Assembly: GCA_028280785.1 (NCBI GenBank)
Contig: JANQLF010000122.1
Span: forward strand, 23,627 to 87,626
From: Planctomycetota bacterium
GTDB lineage: Bacteria; Planctomycetota; UBA11346
DNA length: 64,000 bases
Direction: 5' to 3'
Of this stretch, positions 39,597 through 48,799 are shown piece after piece. The translations under genes and the position numbers were made by a program. Position 1 is the stretch's first letter, and each line of letters opens with the position of its first letter. Under the pieces are notes generated by a model, which did not search any database, had not been told where the DNA came from, and saw nothing but the letters and a program-made list of their open reading frames with translations.

Positions 39597-41417
39597 TTAT
39601 CTTTGAAACCTGCGCTCTAGCTCGGTCCAACTTAGGTCTAATGTTGTCGGTCGCCCATGTGGACAATGTTCCATGTGTTCTAACGTATATAATAATTTGA
39701 CTAGGTTGCGTTGTTCGGCTTCGGAGAGTTTATCGCCAGCTTTGACGGCGCGGTGACAGCTGGCGCTGTGAGCAATGCGTTTACGAATGGCTTCGATGCT
39801 TTTGTCTTTATTGCCATCTTCGGCCATGCTTTCGAAAAAACCTTGCCAATTTATTTTTTTCAAAGCGAGCGGATGGGAGCGTAATAAAATAGTGGTTGGA
39901 CCAAAACATTCGGCTTCGATGCCATGTTCACCCAGACTTTCCAATAGCGGCTCAAGCACAGCAACTTCTGCAGCGCTTAATTCAATATTCTTAGGAACCA
40001 ATAATTCCTGACGCCCACTGCCTTCAAAGTCGGTGACGCTGGGGTCTAAACACAAAAATATGGATTTTTCATGGAGGGCATGTTGATCGACTAAGCGAAT
40101 GCCGAGCTCGGTTTCAATGAGCAAATACATATCATTTAATTGTACAATGCGACGAATGCCGGGTAGGTCATCATTACTGTCGACAGCGTAGGTGCTTTGT
40201 TGTTCAGCAACGGTACTGGTGTCGATGGTTTCTTGTGCTGGCATTTGTGGGACGAAGCGCTCTTGTAGTGCTTCTTGCTGATCTTCTGCTGCTTTAACCA
40301 CCGTACGTTTTACAATGTCATCGCCGCTTGTTACCGGTGAGTTCGGTGCAACGGGAGGTGGGCTCGTTAATTCAGGCGCTGCTGCGGTGTGCAGCATATT
40401 GAATCCACCACTGTTTTTTTCGAGAACTTCACGGATGGCATTGCGTAATATTTTAAATATCTCTCGATCATTGCGGAAGCGAACTTCTGCCTTCGTTGGA
40501 TGCACATTCACATCAATCAATTTTGGATCAGTGTCGATGTGAATAAAAACTGGCGGGTGTAGGCGTGGTTCCAAAAAACCACGATATGCTTCGCGAATGG
40601 CTGCAATGATTAATTTGTCTTTAATATAGCGACCGTTTAAAAAAACGAACTGTCGCTTGGCGCGTGGCTTCGCTTCGCTTGGGTGTGATGCGTAACCGGT
40701 TATTTGCGTGGTATAGCTGTGTCCGTCTATGGCAAATAATTGATCGGTAACATTTTTACCAAATATCGCTCGAATGCGTTGTCCAAGGTGATCGTGAACA
40801 GGCAAGTCGTGAATGACTTTATCGCCGGCAATTAATTCAAAGGCAATGTGCGGATGACTTAAAGCCATGCGCTGAACCACATCGGTAATATGACCAGCTT
40901 CAGCGCTTGGAGATTTGAGGAATTTTAATCGCGCAGGTACATTCCAAAATAAATTTCGAACCGTAACCTTCGTGCCCGGGGCCATGGAACAGGCTTGGAC
41001 ATCTTGAATCTCGCTGCCATGCACGCGCAGCGCATAACCACTGTCATTGTCATGGGTACGGCTGGCAATTTCAAATTCAGAAACAGCAGCAATAGAAGGC
41101 AGTGCTTCGCCGCGAAATCCTAAAGAGTTTATGGCAAACAAATCGTCAGCTGCTTGTAGTTTTGAGGTGGCATGCCGACTCAGGGCGAGAGGTAAATCAT
41201 CTTTGTTGATGCCGTGACCATTATCGGCAATGCTTAATAAATGCTGACCACCATCAGCCATGTGAATGGTGATTTGTGTAGCCCCTGCATCGATACTGTT
41301 TTCAATAAGTTCTTTGGCGACAGCAGCTGGGCGTTCAATGACTTCGCCAGCAGCAATCTTATTGGCGATGTCATCACTGAGTTGATGAATCTGCGGTGGT
41401 TTAGTCTTCAATGTCAT
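39597..41417 (-). CDS. mutL: DNA mismatch repair protein MutL
   Basis: 606 aa; GHKL ATPase blocks (ELIENSIDAGA, DNGHGI), C-terminal dimerisation domain. Confidence 0.85.
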   Translation of the reverse strand: MTLKTKPPQIHQLSDDIANKIAAGEVIERPAAVAKELIENSIDAGATQITIHMADGGQHLLSIADNGHGINKDDLPLALSRHATSKLQAADDLFAINSLGFRGEALPSIAAVSEFEIASRTHDNDSGYALRVHGSEIQDVQACSMAPGTKVTVRNLFWNVPARLKFLKSPSAEAGHITDVVQRMALSHPHIAFELIAGDKVIHDLPVHDHLGQRIRAIFGKNVTDQLFAIDGHSYTTQITGYASHPSEAKPRAKRQFVFLNGRYIKDKLIIAAIREAYRGFLEPRLHPPVFIHIDTDPKLIDVNVHPTKAEVRFRNDREIFKILRNAIREVLEKNSGGFNMLHTAAAPELTSPPPVAPNSPVTSGDDIVKRTVVKAAEDQQEALQERFVPQMPAQETIDTSTVAEQQSTYAVDSNDDLPGIRRIVQLNDMYLLIETELGIRLVDQHALHEKSIFLCLDPSVTDFEGSGRQELLVPKNIELSAAEVAVLEPLLESLGEHGIEAECFGPTTILLRSHPLALKKINWQGFFESMAEDGNKDKSIEAIRKRIAHSASCHRAVKAGDKLSEAEQRNLVKLLYTLEHMEHCPHGRPTTLDLSWTELERRFQR

Positions 41418-41631
41418 CGCGGAACCGAATAAACATAACGTGGTCGGTCTCGCTCATGAGGCGGTCTTCATCGTCCATGACTTCACGGGCTAAAGTTTCC
41501 AAGCGGACGCCGAGGATTTTTTCAGCAGGAATTTCACGAAGGCTGCGATTAGTTAAGGTCTCAAGTTGCTCAAGACTATTAGCTGCGTCTTCTATCAGCG
41601 ATATTAAGCGAATCTGAATGTGTTCTGCCAT
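41401..41631 (-). CDS. small acidic hypothetical protein overlapping mutL start
   Basis: 76 aa ORF, 17 bp overlap with mutL. Confidence 0.3.
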   Translation of the reverse strand: MAEHIQIRLISLIEDAANSLEQLETLTNRSLREIPAEKILGVRLETLAREVMDDEDRLMSETDHVMFIRFRDDIED

Positions 41632-41668
41632 GGCTCTACTAGAAATACTCGGTCATAAAACACAAGAC

Positions 41669-42412
41669 TTAAAGTGGGGCGAATTCTTCGCCTTCCTTGT
41701 GTAGATGCGTAAGCCGTCTACCGAGAGAAACAATGTACAGAAGGATGAAATAGGCGATGTAGCACTCTTTCAGTTCTTGCACTTCATTAAAATAAAAGTC
41801 TAAACCAAACCAATCTTCAATTTTAGAAGGCCAAGTTGAAATGGTGGTGATGACAGCCGTTGGCAAGCAAACCCAGGTCGGCCATAGCCACCAAAATCGT
41901 CTGGTGTGATGAACGCGCCACGCTTTGTAGTAAAATAAAAGCGGGATGAATACACCACCTACAAAGACGAGTAACGATACCACGCCTTTTGGATGTCGGT
42001 CAAACCATTCTGAGGTGTTGTGAATATTGGTTTCTTTTTGGTCATTATGCTCAAGAAAGAATTCGCTAGTTTCCCAGCCAAACCAATGTTGTCCCCAGCT
42101 TGCTTCTTCACCAGCAAAATAAATGCAGCCAAGGCAATAGAGAACCAGAAATATTTTCAAGAAAAGATGTAGTGATTTACCAAAACGAACAATGATGCTC
42201 ATGGTACATACAAGGGCAAAAAGCAGGAAAATAACTGTTAAATTTTCAATGATTCCTAATTCATGTTGAAGATAGGATTCTATGCCTTTTTTTGCTGTAC
42301 CAAAAAAGTGAGCGACATAACGAAACACATAAAATAGTATCGGCAGATGTAACCACCAAAACATATTTATTTCATGGTTAATGGAGTCGTCAGTAAGCTC
42401 GGAATCACTCAT
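41669..42412 (-). CDS. polytopic membrane protein, paralog A
   Basis: 247 aa; shares GIIENLTV and GEE.SWGQH.FGW.T.E blocks with adjacent paralog. Confidence 0.55.
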   Translation of the reverse strand: MSDSELTDDSINHEINMFWWLHLPILFYVFRYVAHFFGTAKKGIESYLQHELGIIENLTVIFLLFALVCTMSIIVRFGKSLHLFLKIFLVLYCLGCIYFAGEEASWGQHWFGWETSEFFLEHNDQKETNIHNTSEWFDRHPKGVVSLLVFVGGVFIPLLFYYKAWRVHHTRRFWWLWPTWVCLPTAVITTISTWPSKIEDWFGLDFYFNEVQELKECYIAYFILLYIVSLGRRLTHLHKEGEEFAPL

Positions 42413-42415
42413 AGT

Positions 42416-43159
42416 TTAGGCTGCTGTATTAGAATCTGAGACAGCATCATCTTCATTCTCAGGGTGTAGGCGCAAGAATAATGTGACGATGAAAATGAGG
42501 AAAAAGAGCGTAACCATGCATTCTTTGATTTCGGCAATGTTGCCGGGGTGAGGAATTTTAAAGCCAATTTTACTTAGTCGCTGAGGGAGTGTGATAACAA
42601 AAGAAAGCAAGCCTACCGATACACAGGTAAAAGAAGGCCATAACCACCACATTTTTTTATCGCGATCGCTGTGTAATTTTTTGTACTTAAACCAGCGAAA
42701 GAGTGGCATAAGACCACCAAAAATAAATATGAGGGCACTTAATACTGTTCGTGCTTTATTACCGAATCCATTAATGTTGTGAAGATTTGTTTCCTGCTGT
42801 TTATTAATGGCAGCAAGTGACTCTGGTGTTTGCCAACCGAAAAAATGTTGACCCCAGCTGAGTTCTTCGCCGGCTATGACGAAGCAACCAAGAGCAAAAC
42901 AGACAAGAAATCCTTTAAGTAGTTTATCGCTAGTGAACTGACCTTTTCTAAACAAAATAATTATGGGTATGATAGCAATTACTGCGAATAGGACGGTAAG
43001 ATTTTCGATTATGCCAAATTCACCATGCATGAATGAATTGAAATTACGCACAACTTTCAGCTTATGGAGAATGAAGTAACTGAAGTAGACGATACAGAGG
43101 ACTATGGGTACCCACAGCCACAACCATTTGGGTACTAGGAGTTGATCGTCTCGTTGCAT
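42416..43159 (-). CDS. polytopic membrane protein, paralog B
   Basis: 247 aa, same length and motifs as paralog A, 3 bp apart. Confidence 0.55.
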   Translation of the reverse strand: MQRDDQLLVPKWLWLWVPIVLCIVYFSYFILHKLKVVRNFNSFMHGEFGIIENLTVLFAVIAIIPIIILFRKGQFTSDKLLKGFLVCFALGCFVIAGEELSWGQHFFGWQTPESLAAINKQQETNLHNINGFGNKARTVLSALIFIFGGLMPLFRWFKYKKLHSDRDKKMWWLWPSFTCVSVGLLSFVITLPQRLSKIGFKIPHPGNIAEIKECMVTLFFLIFIVTLFLRLHPENEDDAVSDSNTAA

Positions 43160-43250
43160 GAGTGCTGAGTTTTAGGCATATAATGCCGATGCAAGCTCAC
43201 TGGAAATATTATTATAGACCCTACCATGCGCCCCTCGAGGAGATCCGGGG

Positions 43251-44846
43251 ATGATTACTGCTTCAGAAATCACCGTCGCCTTTGGCGAAAAGCCACTCTA
43301 TGAAAATGTTAGTCTGCGCTTAACCGCAGGTAACTGCTATGGTTTTATTGGTGCAAATGGCTGCGGTAAAACGACCTTTATCAAGGTACTGTCTGGTGAA
43401 ATGGAGCAGAACGCAGGTACGGTCACCTTGGATCCCGGCATGCGTATGGCCACCTTAAAGCAAAATCAATTTGGTTATGAAGATCAAAAAGTCATGGATG
43501 TGGTTTTGCAAGGTTATGAAGAAGTATGGCAGTTGCAGTTGGATATGGACGCCTTGTATGCTAAAGAAGATTTTTCTGATGCTGATGGTGAGAAAGTTGC
43601 AAAGTTACAAGAACGCTACGATGAATTAGATGGCTATTCGCAAGAATCGAATGCCGCTGAAGTATTAACCAATCTTGGTGTGAGCCCTGATGTACATAAC
43701 AGTGCGATGTCTGAAATAGATGCCACGTTGAAGGTGCGTGTTTTATTAGCTCAAGTAATTTTCTCGCGGCCAGATGTATTGTTGCTCGACGAGCCAACTA
43801 ATAACTTGGACATTGAAACCATCGCCTGGCTTGAAAAATTCTTGGCAGATTACGAAGGTTGTATTGCCGTAGTGAGCCATGACCGACACTTTTTAAACCG
43901 TGTTTGTACCCATGTCTGCGATGTTGATTTTCAAACAATCCGAACATTTGTTGGGAATTGGGATGTATACGCAGCATCCGAAGCACTTGCTCGTGCGCAG
44001 CGCAGTAAAGAAAAAGCACGTGTTGATAAGCAAGTGGAAAAATTAAAGAGCTTTGTCCAGCGTTTTAAAGCCAATGCATCGCGTTCGAAGCAAGCGACGA
44101 GTCGTATGAAGCAAATCGACGCACTCGGTTCACAACAAGTCTTACCATCAAGTCGCGTGGCTCCGCGTATTAATTTTAAACAAGAACGTGAAAGTGGTCA
44201 GGATATTATTAAAGCTGAAGGCCTCAGTTTTAAATACGATGATGGTCCCGAAATTTGTAATGATTTAGATCTGCGCTTGGAAAAGGGTGAGCGCTTGGCG
44301 ATTGTTGGTCGTAACGGTATTGGTAAAACCAGTATTATTAAATTGCTCAATAATGAATTAACACCGCAAGCAGGATCAGTGACCCTTGGTGGAACCATTA
44401 AAGTCGGTTACTTCCCACAAGACAGTCGTCATCTGTTTGAAAAAGACATCGATATTGTGACGTGGTTGCAGCAGTTCACGGACAACCAGGACATCAATAA
44501 CATGCGCGCGATGCTCGGTCGCATGCTCTTCTCGGGTGACGATGTGAAGAAATCGGTAACTGTGCTTTCGGGTGGTGAAAAGGTGCGTTGTTTGATGTCG
44601 ATGCTGATGCTTCAAGAAGCCAACTTGCTGATCTTAGACGAACCGACTAACCACTTGGATTTGGAATCGATCGAAGCTCTCCAGGAAGCCTTGGAAGAGT
44701 TCAAAGGTAGCATCATCTTTGTCAGCCATGACCGTGAATTCGTTGACCACGTCGCCAGCCGCGCCCTGGTTATGACCGACGAGGAGGGCATCGTCGATTG
44801 GCGAGGTACTTACTCTGAATACCGCGACTCAAAGGGCCTGGATTAG
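43251..44846 (+). CDS. ABC-F family ATPase (EttA/Uup-like, two ABC domains, no TMD)
   Basis: 531 aa; two Walker A (GANGCGKTT, GRNGIGKTS), two signatures (LSGGEKVR...), inter-domain linker. Confidence 0.8.
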   Translation: MITASEITVAFGEKPLYENVSLRLTAGNCYGFIGANGCGKTTFIKVLSGEMEQNAGTVTLDPGMRMATLKQNQFGYEDQKVMDVVLQGYEEVWQLQLDMDALYAKEDFSDADGEKVAKLQERYDELDGYSQESNAAEVLTNLGVSPDVHNSAMSEIDATLKVRVLLAQVIFSRPDVLLLDEPTNNLDIETIAWLEKFLADYEGCIAVVSHDRHFLNRVCTHVCDVDFQTIRTFVGNWDVYAASEALARAQRSKEKARVDKQVEKLKSFVQRFKANASRSKQATSRMKQIDALGSQQVLPSSRVAPRINFKQERESGQDIIKAEGLSFKYDDGPEICNDLDLRLEKGERLAIVGRNGIGKTSIIKLLNNELTPQAGSVTLGGTIKVGYFPQDSRHLFEKDIDIVTWLQQFTDNQDINNMRAMLGRMLFSGDDVKKSVTVLSGGEKVRCLMSMLMLQEANLLILDEPTNHLDLESIEALQEALEEFKGSIIFVSHDREFVDHVASRALVMTDEEGIVDWRGTYSEYRDSKGLD

Positions 44847-44957
44847 AAATCTATTCCAGACGCCGAGAGCCGTTCAGGCCTACTTGGCCTGACATTTTCG
44901 TAGATAATGAGGATCGACAAAGTCTGCGGGGTCCGGGGCAGAGCCCCGAAACAAAAA
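44847..44957 (+). repeat. REP-like repeat family member (111 bp copy)
   Basis: Hairpins CAGGCCTACTTGGCCTG and CGGGGCAGAGCCCCG; ends AAACAAAAA; homologous to 35966-36089 and 48970-49096. Confidence 0.6.
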
Positions 44958-45005
44958 AGGCGTGGTACATATTCTGAATACCGCGACTCAAAAGGCTTGG
45001 ATTAG
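44958..45005 (+). other. orphan recoded copy of ABC-F gene 3' end (15 codons + stop)
   Basis: Translates RRGTYSEYRDSKGLD* versus native WRGTYSEYRDSKGLD*; 5 synonymous differences (CGA/CGT, ACT/ACA, TAC/TAT, AAG/AAA, CTG/TTG) around a 20 bp identical core. Confidence 0.75.
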
Positions 45006-45084
45006 AGGGTAAGTAAGCCCGAAGCTGCAGTCCAGTAGTTGCTTAGGTTGGATTTGAACTAGCATCTCGCCTCCACTGATTGAG

Positions 45085-45513
45085 GTGGCAAAGGAAGGAC
45101 GAGCTATGAAGCGCATAATAGCACTGTCGGCTATGACGAGTACCTACGTGATGGGTGCCGGTGAAGATCTCACTGCACCAGTTCCAGCAGGACCAGAAAA
45201 CGGTCAGGACCAAAGCCAACAAGCACCGGGCGGAATGGGTTTCCCATTCTTCATGCTCATTTTGATGTTGGTCTTCATGTACTTCGTCTTGATTCGTCCA
45301 CAAAATAAAGAGCAGCGTCGTCGTCGTGGTATGATGGATGATCTCAAGGTTGGTGACATGGTCGTGACCATCGGTGGTCTCCATGGTGAGGTTGCGCGCA
45401 AAGGTGAGAACGACATAGATCTCAAAGTCGCTGAAAATACAGTCATGACCTTTAACCTTGGTGCGGTTAACCAGGTGGTTAAAGACGGCGAAAAATTAAA
45501 CGGTCAAGAATAG
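45085..45513 (+). CDS. yajC: preprotein translocase subunit YajC
   Basis: 142 aa (GTG start; may start later); FVLIRPQNKEQRRRR...KVGDMVVTIGGLHGEV typical YajC. Confidence 0.7.
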   Translation: MAKEGRAMKRIIALSAMTSTYVMGAGEDLTAPVPAGPENGQDQSQQAPGGMGFPFFMLILMLVFMYFVLIRPQNKEQRRRRGMMDDLKVGDMVVTIGGLHGEVARKGENDIDLKVAENTVMTFNLGAVNQVVKDGEKLNGQE

Positions 45514-45523
45514 GTCGAAATAA

Positions 45524-48500
45524 ATGAAGCACCGTTTCGGCTCTATATTTATTGTATTTGTAATAGCAGTAAGCTTATTATATCTGCAAAATAAAGTTTA
45601 TGTCGGCAGTCAGTATTATTTTGCTGAAGCAGTTCCAGTAAAACAAGGTGAAGAGGTTAAGTATCCATTTGTCAGTAAAGAAGGTGGGTATTTCTTACTC
45701 AAGGATATAGCCGGAAAAGCATTCGAACCGACAGCATTACAAATCGAACAATTTAAGTATTTTGCCGAACGTGGTTCTGATGGTAAGCCATTCCTGATTG
45801 ATACAGAAAATATAACCGTCAACGGGATGATGATTGAGTATAAATTTCAAAACTCATCACAAGTTAATTTACGCAGACTGAAAAAATTTGAGAAACGTCT
45901 TTTAGAGTTTTCTTTCTCTGAACCAAATAGTGAACGTGATTTATTATTCGTACCACTTGGTATTGACTTACGTGGCGGTGTTGAATTTATCTGTTCACTG
46001 TACGATGATGATCAAAATCGTGTAGAGGCTGAACAGCAAACTGTCGACATCCTACGCACTCGTTTAGAAACGCGTGGTTTATCAGAGCCACAGGTATCGC
46101 GTTTAACCAACGGTGATATTCAGGTGGTCATTCCGGGCGGCGGTAAAGCAGAAGCGGCTCGGACGCGTAAAGTATTAGAGACCACCGGTAAATTAGAATT
46201 CCGTGAAGTGCTCGAGGTCTTTGGTATTGAAGATGAAGAGGCTTTTAGCAGCCATGAACCCGGTGAACAAATTATTATCAATAAGAAGGGTAAGCCGGCT
46301 TTCAAACCAGGTGGTGGTGCTGGTTTTGATACCCTTGGTGAAAAATTATATCCACTCAAGGCTCCACGCGGTCAAACCCCATTGGCCTTCTATCGTTTGG
46401 GTCCGGCAAAAATCACTGGTCAGCATGTAGAAGATGGCTTTACCACAGCTAACGATGATGGCACGCCAGCAGTTGGTATTAAATTAAATGCAACTGGTGG
46501 TTCGATTAGTTATGAGTGGACTACCGATGTGAAAAAACGCGGTCCACTTGGTGAGAGTACGGGTGGATCTGGTCGTTTTGCAATTTGCTTAGATGGCGTG
46601 GTGTTTTCAGCACCGCGGGTACAGGAGCCAACCGGCGTTCACAGCCGCATTACTGGTCAGTTTACCACCGAAGAAGTAAACAACTTAATTTTAGTTTTAG
46701 ATACGGGTGCATTAACGGTTACCCCAGAAGTGTTATCTGAACGCGTAATTGGTGCGACCTTGGGTAAAGAAACCATCTCAAAGGGTTTGGTCGCAATGGT
46801 AACGTCATTAGCGATCATTCTTGGCTTTATTGTGATGTACTATCGCCGCCTTGGTGTGGTAGCGATGGTCAGTTTGGCAACCACCTTGGCTTTAGTGTGG
46901 ACGGCTGTTTCTGTATTTAGCATCACGATGACTTTGCCTGGCTTGGCTGGTTTGGTTTTAACGATTGGTATGGCGGTCGACGCAAATATTTTGATCTTTG
47001 AGCGTATCCGTGAGGAGATATCAGAGGATGTTGATTTACGTACCTCGTTGGATGCTGGTTATGCGCGAGCATTTTTAACAATTTTTGATGCGAATGTAAC
47101 GACCTTTTTAACAGCGTTTGTCTTGGCTTGGATTGGTACCGGTGCGATAAAAGGTTTCGGTAATACCCTTATGATCGGTATCGTTACCTCGATGTTTGGT
47201 GCGATTTATATTGGTCGGATTATTACCGACTTTTTATATCATAAAATAGACAGCACTAAAGTTAACGATTCCTTGTCGAAATTACCATTAGAGCAACCAT
47301 ATGTCAGTTGGCGTATGCCTGCCGCTATTTTATCGACATTGGTTATTATTGTCGGCATGTACACTTTTATAGCTGGTGGATCTAAGCATTTCGCGATTGA
47401 CTTTACTGGTGGTAACATGGTACAGGCAACCTTGGTGGAGCCGAAGTCTTTAGAGGAAATTCAAGACACCTTGGAAAAAGCTTACAAATCTGACCCAGAA
47501 AAATACAATCTACTCGGTGAAGATTTGCAAATTTTGCCATACTTTAGTGATTTTGAAGAGAGTGGTGAGAAGAGCCGTCAGTATGTGTTTAAGGGTCGTG
47601 ATGATCAGGCGATCATCATTAATAAAAATATGGCCGGTCAGCAAGAAGCCTTATGGAAAGTGAGTGAGAAAAAGAATACCAAACTCAACGAAGGGGTTCC
47701 GTTAACTGATCCAGCAATTAGAGAGTTGAATAAAGAAATCGCTAAATTGAAATTAGAGTTACAGCCATTTAAGGATCAATTAGCTGAGCGTATTGAAGTA
47801 TTTAAATCACAATTGGCTAGCGCTTTAGCAGGTATGATCATAGCAGAGCATTCTGAATTAGTGGCGATAAGCTTTGATGAGCAACGTATGAGCATAACGC
47901 TTACGATGTTAAGTGTTGCCGATGATACGCAAAAAGCTCAGGTCAATGATGGCATGCTTAAGCGCAATGATTTAACAGATGTTTCTATAAGCACAGATGA
48001 TGTGCGCATGACCTTTAATGCTAAATACGTTCGTGACATAGACGTTGATCCAGCAATTGGTGATAAGCAAGTGACTGCCATGAAGGAGCAAGACGCACTG
48101 TGGGCGCGTATGTATGATCAACTTGATGCAGCGACACCAGTCTCTGATCGTTATGCGCATGCGACGTTATTACGTAATTATTACGACACCTGTGTTGATC
48201 GTGCCGCATCAAGTGGTTTGCAGGTAGCGGCGGCTTATCCAGCAACTGACCATTTCTCGCCACAAGTGGCATCGCAAATGAAAAATAAAGCCTACTTAGC
48301 ATTGGGCTTTAGCATGTTGGCTATTTTATTTTATATCGCTATGCGTTTCGAATTCCGTTACGGTGTTGGTGCAATTATGGCATTGACCCATGACGTCATC
48401 GCGACGGTTGGCATTTTGGCTATGCTCGGTGTGCGCATTGATTTAACCGTTGTTGCAGCGTTATTAACCATCGTTGGTTATTCATTAAACGATACCATCG

Positions 48501-48799
48501 TCGTGTTCGACCGTATTCGTGAAAACATCAAGAAATACGGCAAGGCGATGATCGATACGATTGATAAAGCCATTGCTCAAACCATGAGCCGAACCATTTT
48601 AACCAGTTTGACCACTATTTTTGTAATCACCATTTTATTAATTTGGGGTGGTGAGGGTGTACGCTCATTCAGCGTGACCATGTTGGTCGGCTTAATTCTC
48701 GGTACTTATTCTTCGGTCTTTGTTGCATCACCATCGTTGTTGTTGTTTAAAGATCCAGAGCCAGAGGACGAGACGGACGAAGTAGTTCCCGGTACTTAG
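45524..48799 (+). CDS. secDF: fused protein-export membrane protein SecD-SecF with large periplasmic insertions
   Basis: 1091 aa; two 6-TM blocks with SecD/SecF conserved TM motifs (GLVLTIGMAVDANILIFERIRE, TLLTIVGYSLNDTIVVFDRIREN). Confidence 0.8.
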   Translation: MKHRFGSIFIVFVIAVSLLYLQNKVYVGSQYYFAEAVPVKQGEEVKYPFVSKEGGYFLLKDIAGKAFEPTALQIEQFKYFAERGSDGKPFLIDTENITVNGMMIEYKFQNSSQVNLRRLKKFEKRLLEFSFSEPNSERDLLFVPLGIDLRGGVEFICSLYDDDQNRVEAEQQTVDILRTRLETRGLSEPQVSRLTNGDIQVVIPGGGKAEAARTRKVLETTGKLEFREVLEVFGIEDEEAFSSHEPGEQIIINKKGKPAFKPGGGAGFDTLGEKLYPLKAPRGQTPLAFYRLGPAKITGQHVEDGFTTANDDGTPAVGIKLNATGGSISYEWTTDVKKRGPLGESTGGSGRFAICLDGVVFSAPRVQEPTGVHSRITGQFTTEEVNNLILVLDTGALTVTPEVLSERVIGATLGKETISKGLVAMVTSLAIILGFIVMYYRRLGVVAMVSLATTLALVWTAVSVFSITMTLPGLAGLVLTIGMAVDANILIFERIREEISEDVDLRTSLDAGYARAFLTIFDANVTTFLTAFVLAWIGTGAIKGFGNTLMIGIVTSMFGAIYIGRIITDFLYHKIDSTKVNDSLSKLPLEQPYVSWRMPAAILSTLVIIVGMYTFIAGGSKHFAIDFTGGNMVQATLVEPKSLEEIQDTLEKAYKSDPEKYNLLGEDLQILPYFSDFEESGEKSRQYVFKGRDDQAIIINKNMAGQQEALWKVSEKKNTKLNEGVPLTDPAIRELNKEIAKLKLELQPFKDQLAERIEVFKSQLASALAGMIIAEHSELVAISFDEQRMSITLTMLSVADDTQKAQVNDGMLKRNDLTDVSISTDDVRMTFNAKYVRDIDVDPAIGDKQVTAMKEQDALWARMYDQLDAATPVSDRYAHATLLRNYYDTCVDRAASSGLQVAAAYPATDHFSPQVASQMKNKAYLALGFSMLAILFYIAMRFEFRYGVGAIMALTHDVIATVGILAMLGVRIDLTVVAALLTIVGYSLNDTIVVFDRIRENIKKYGKAMIDTIDKAIAQTMSRTILTSLTTIFVITILLIWGGEGVRSFSVTMLVGLILGTYSSVFVASPSLLLFKDPEPEDETDEVVPGT

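Noticed and set aside
39413-45005. Explaining the duplicated gene ends as target-site duplications or as a diversity-generating retroelement VR/TR pair
   Set aside because: TSDs would be identical or diverge randomly, and here every difference is synonymous. DGR mutagenesis is adenine-specific and changes the protein, whereas here substitutions involve all bases and the peptide is unchanged. No reverse transcriptase nearby.
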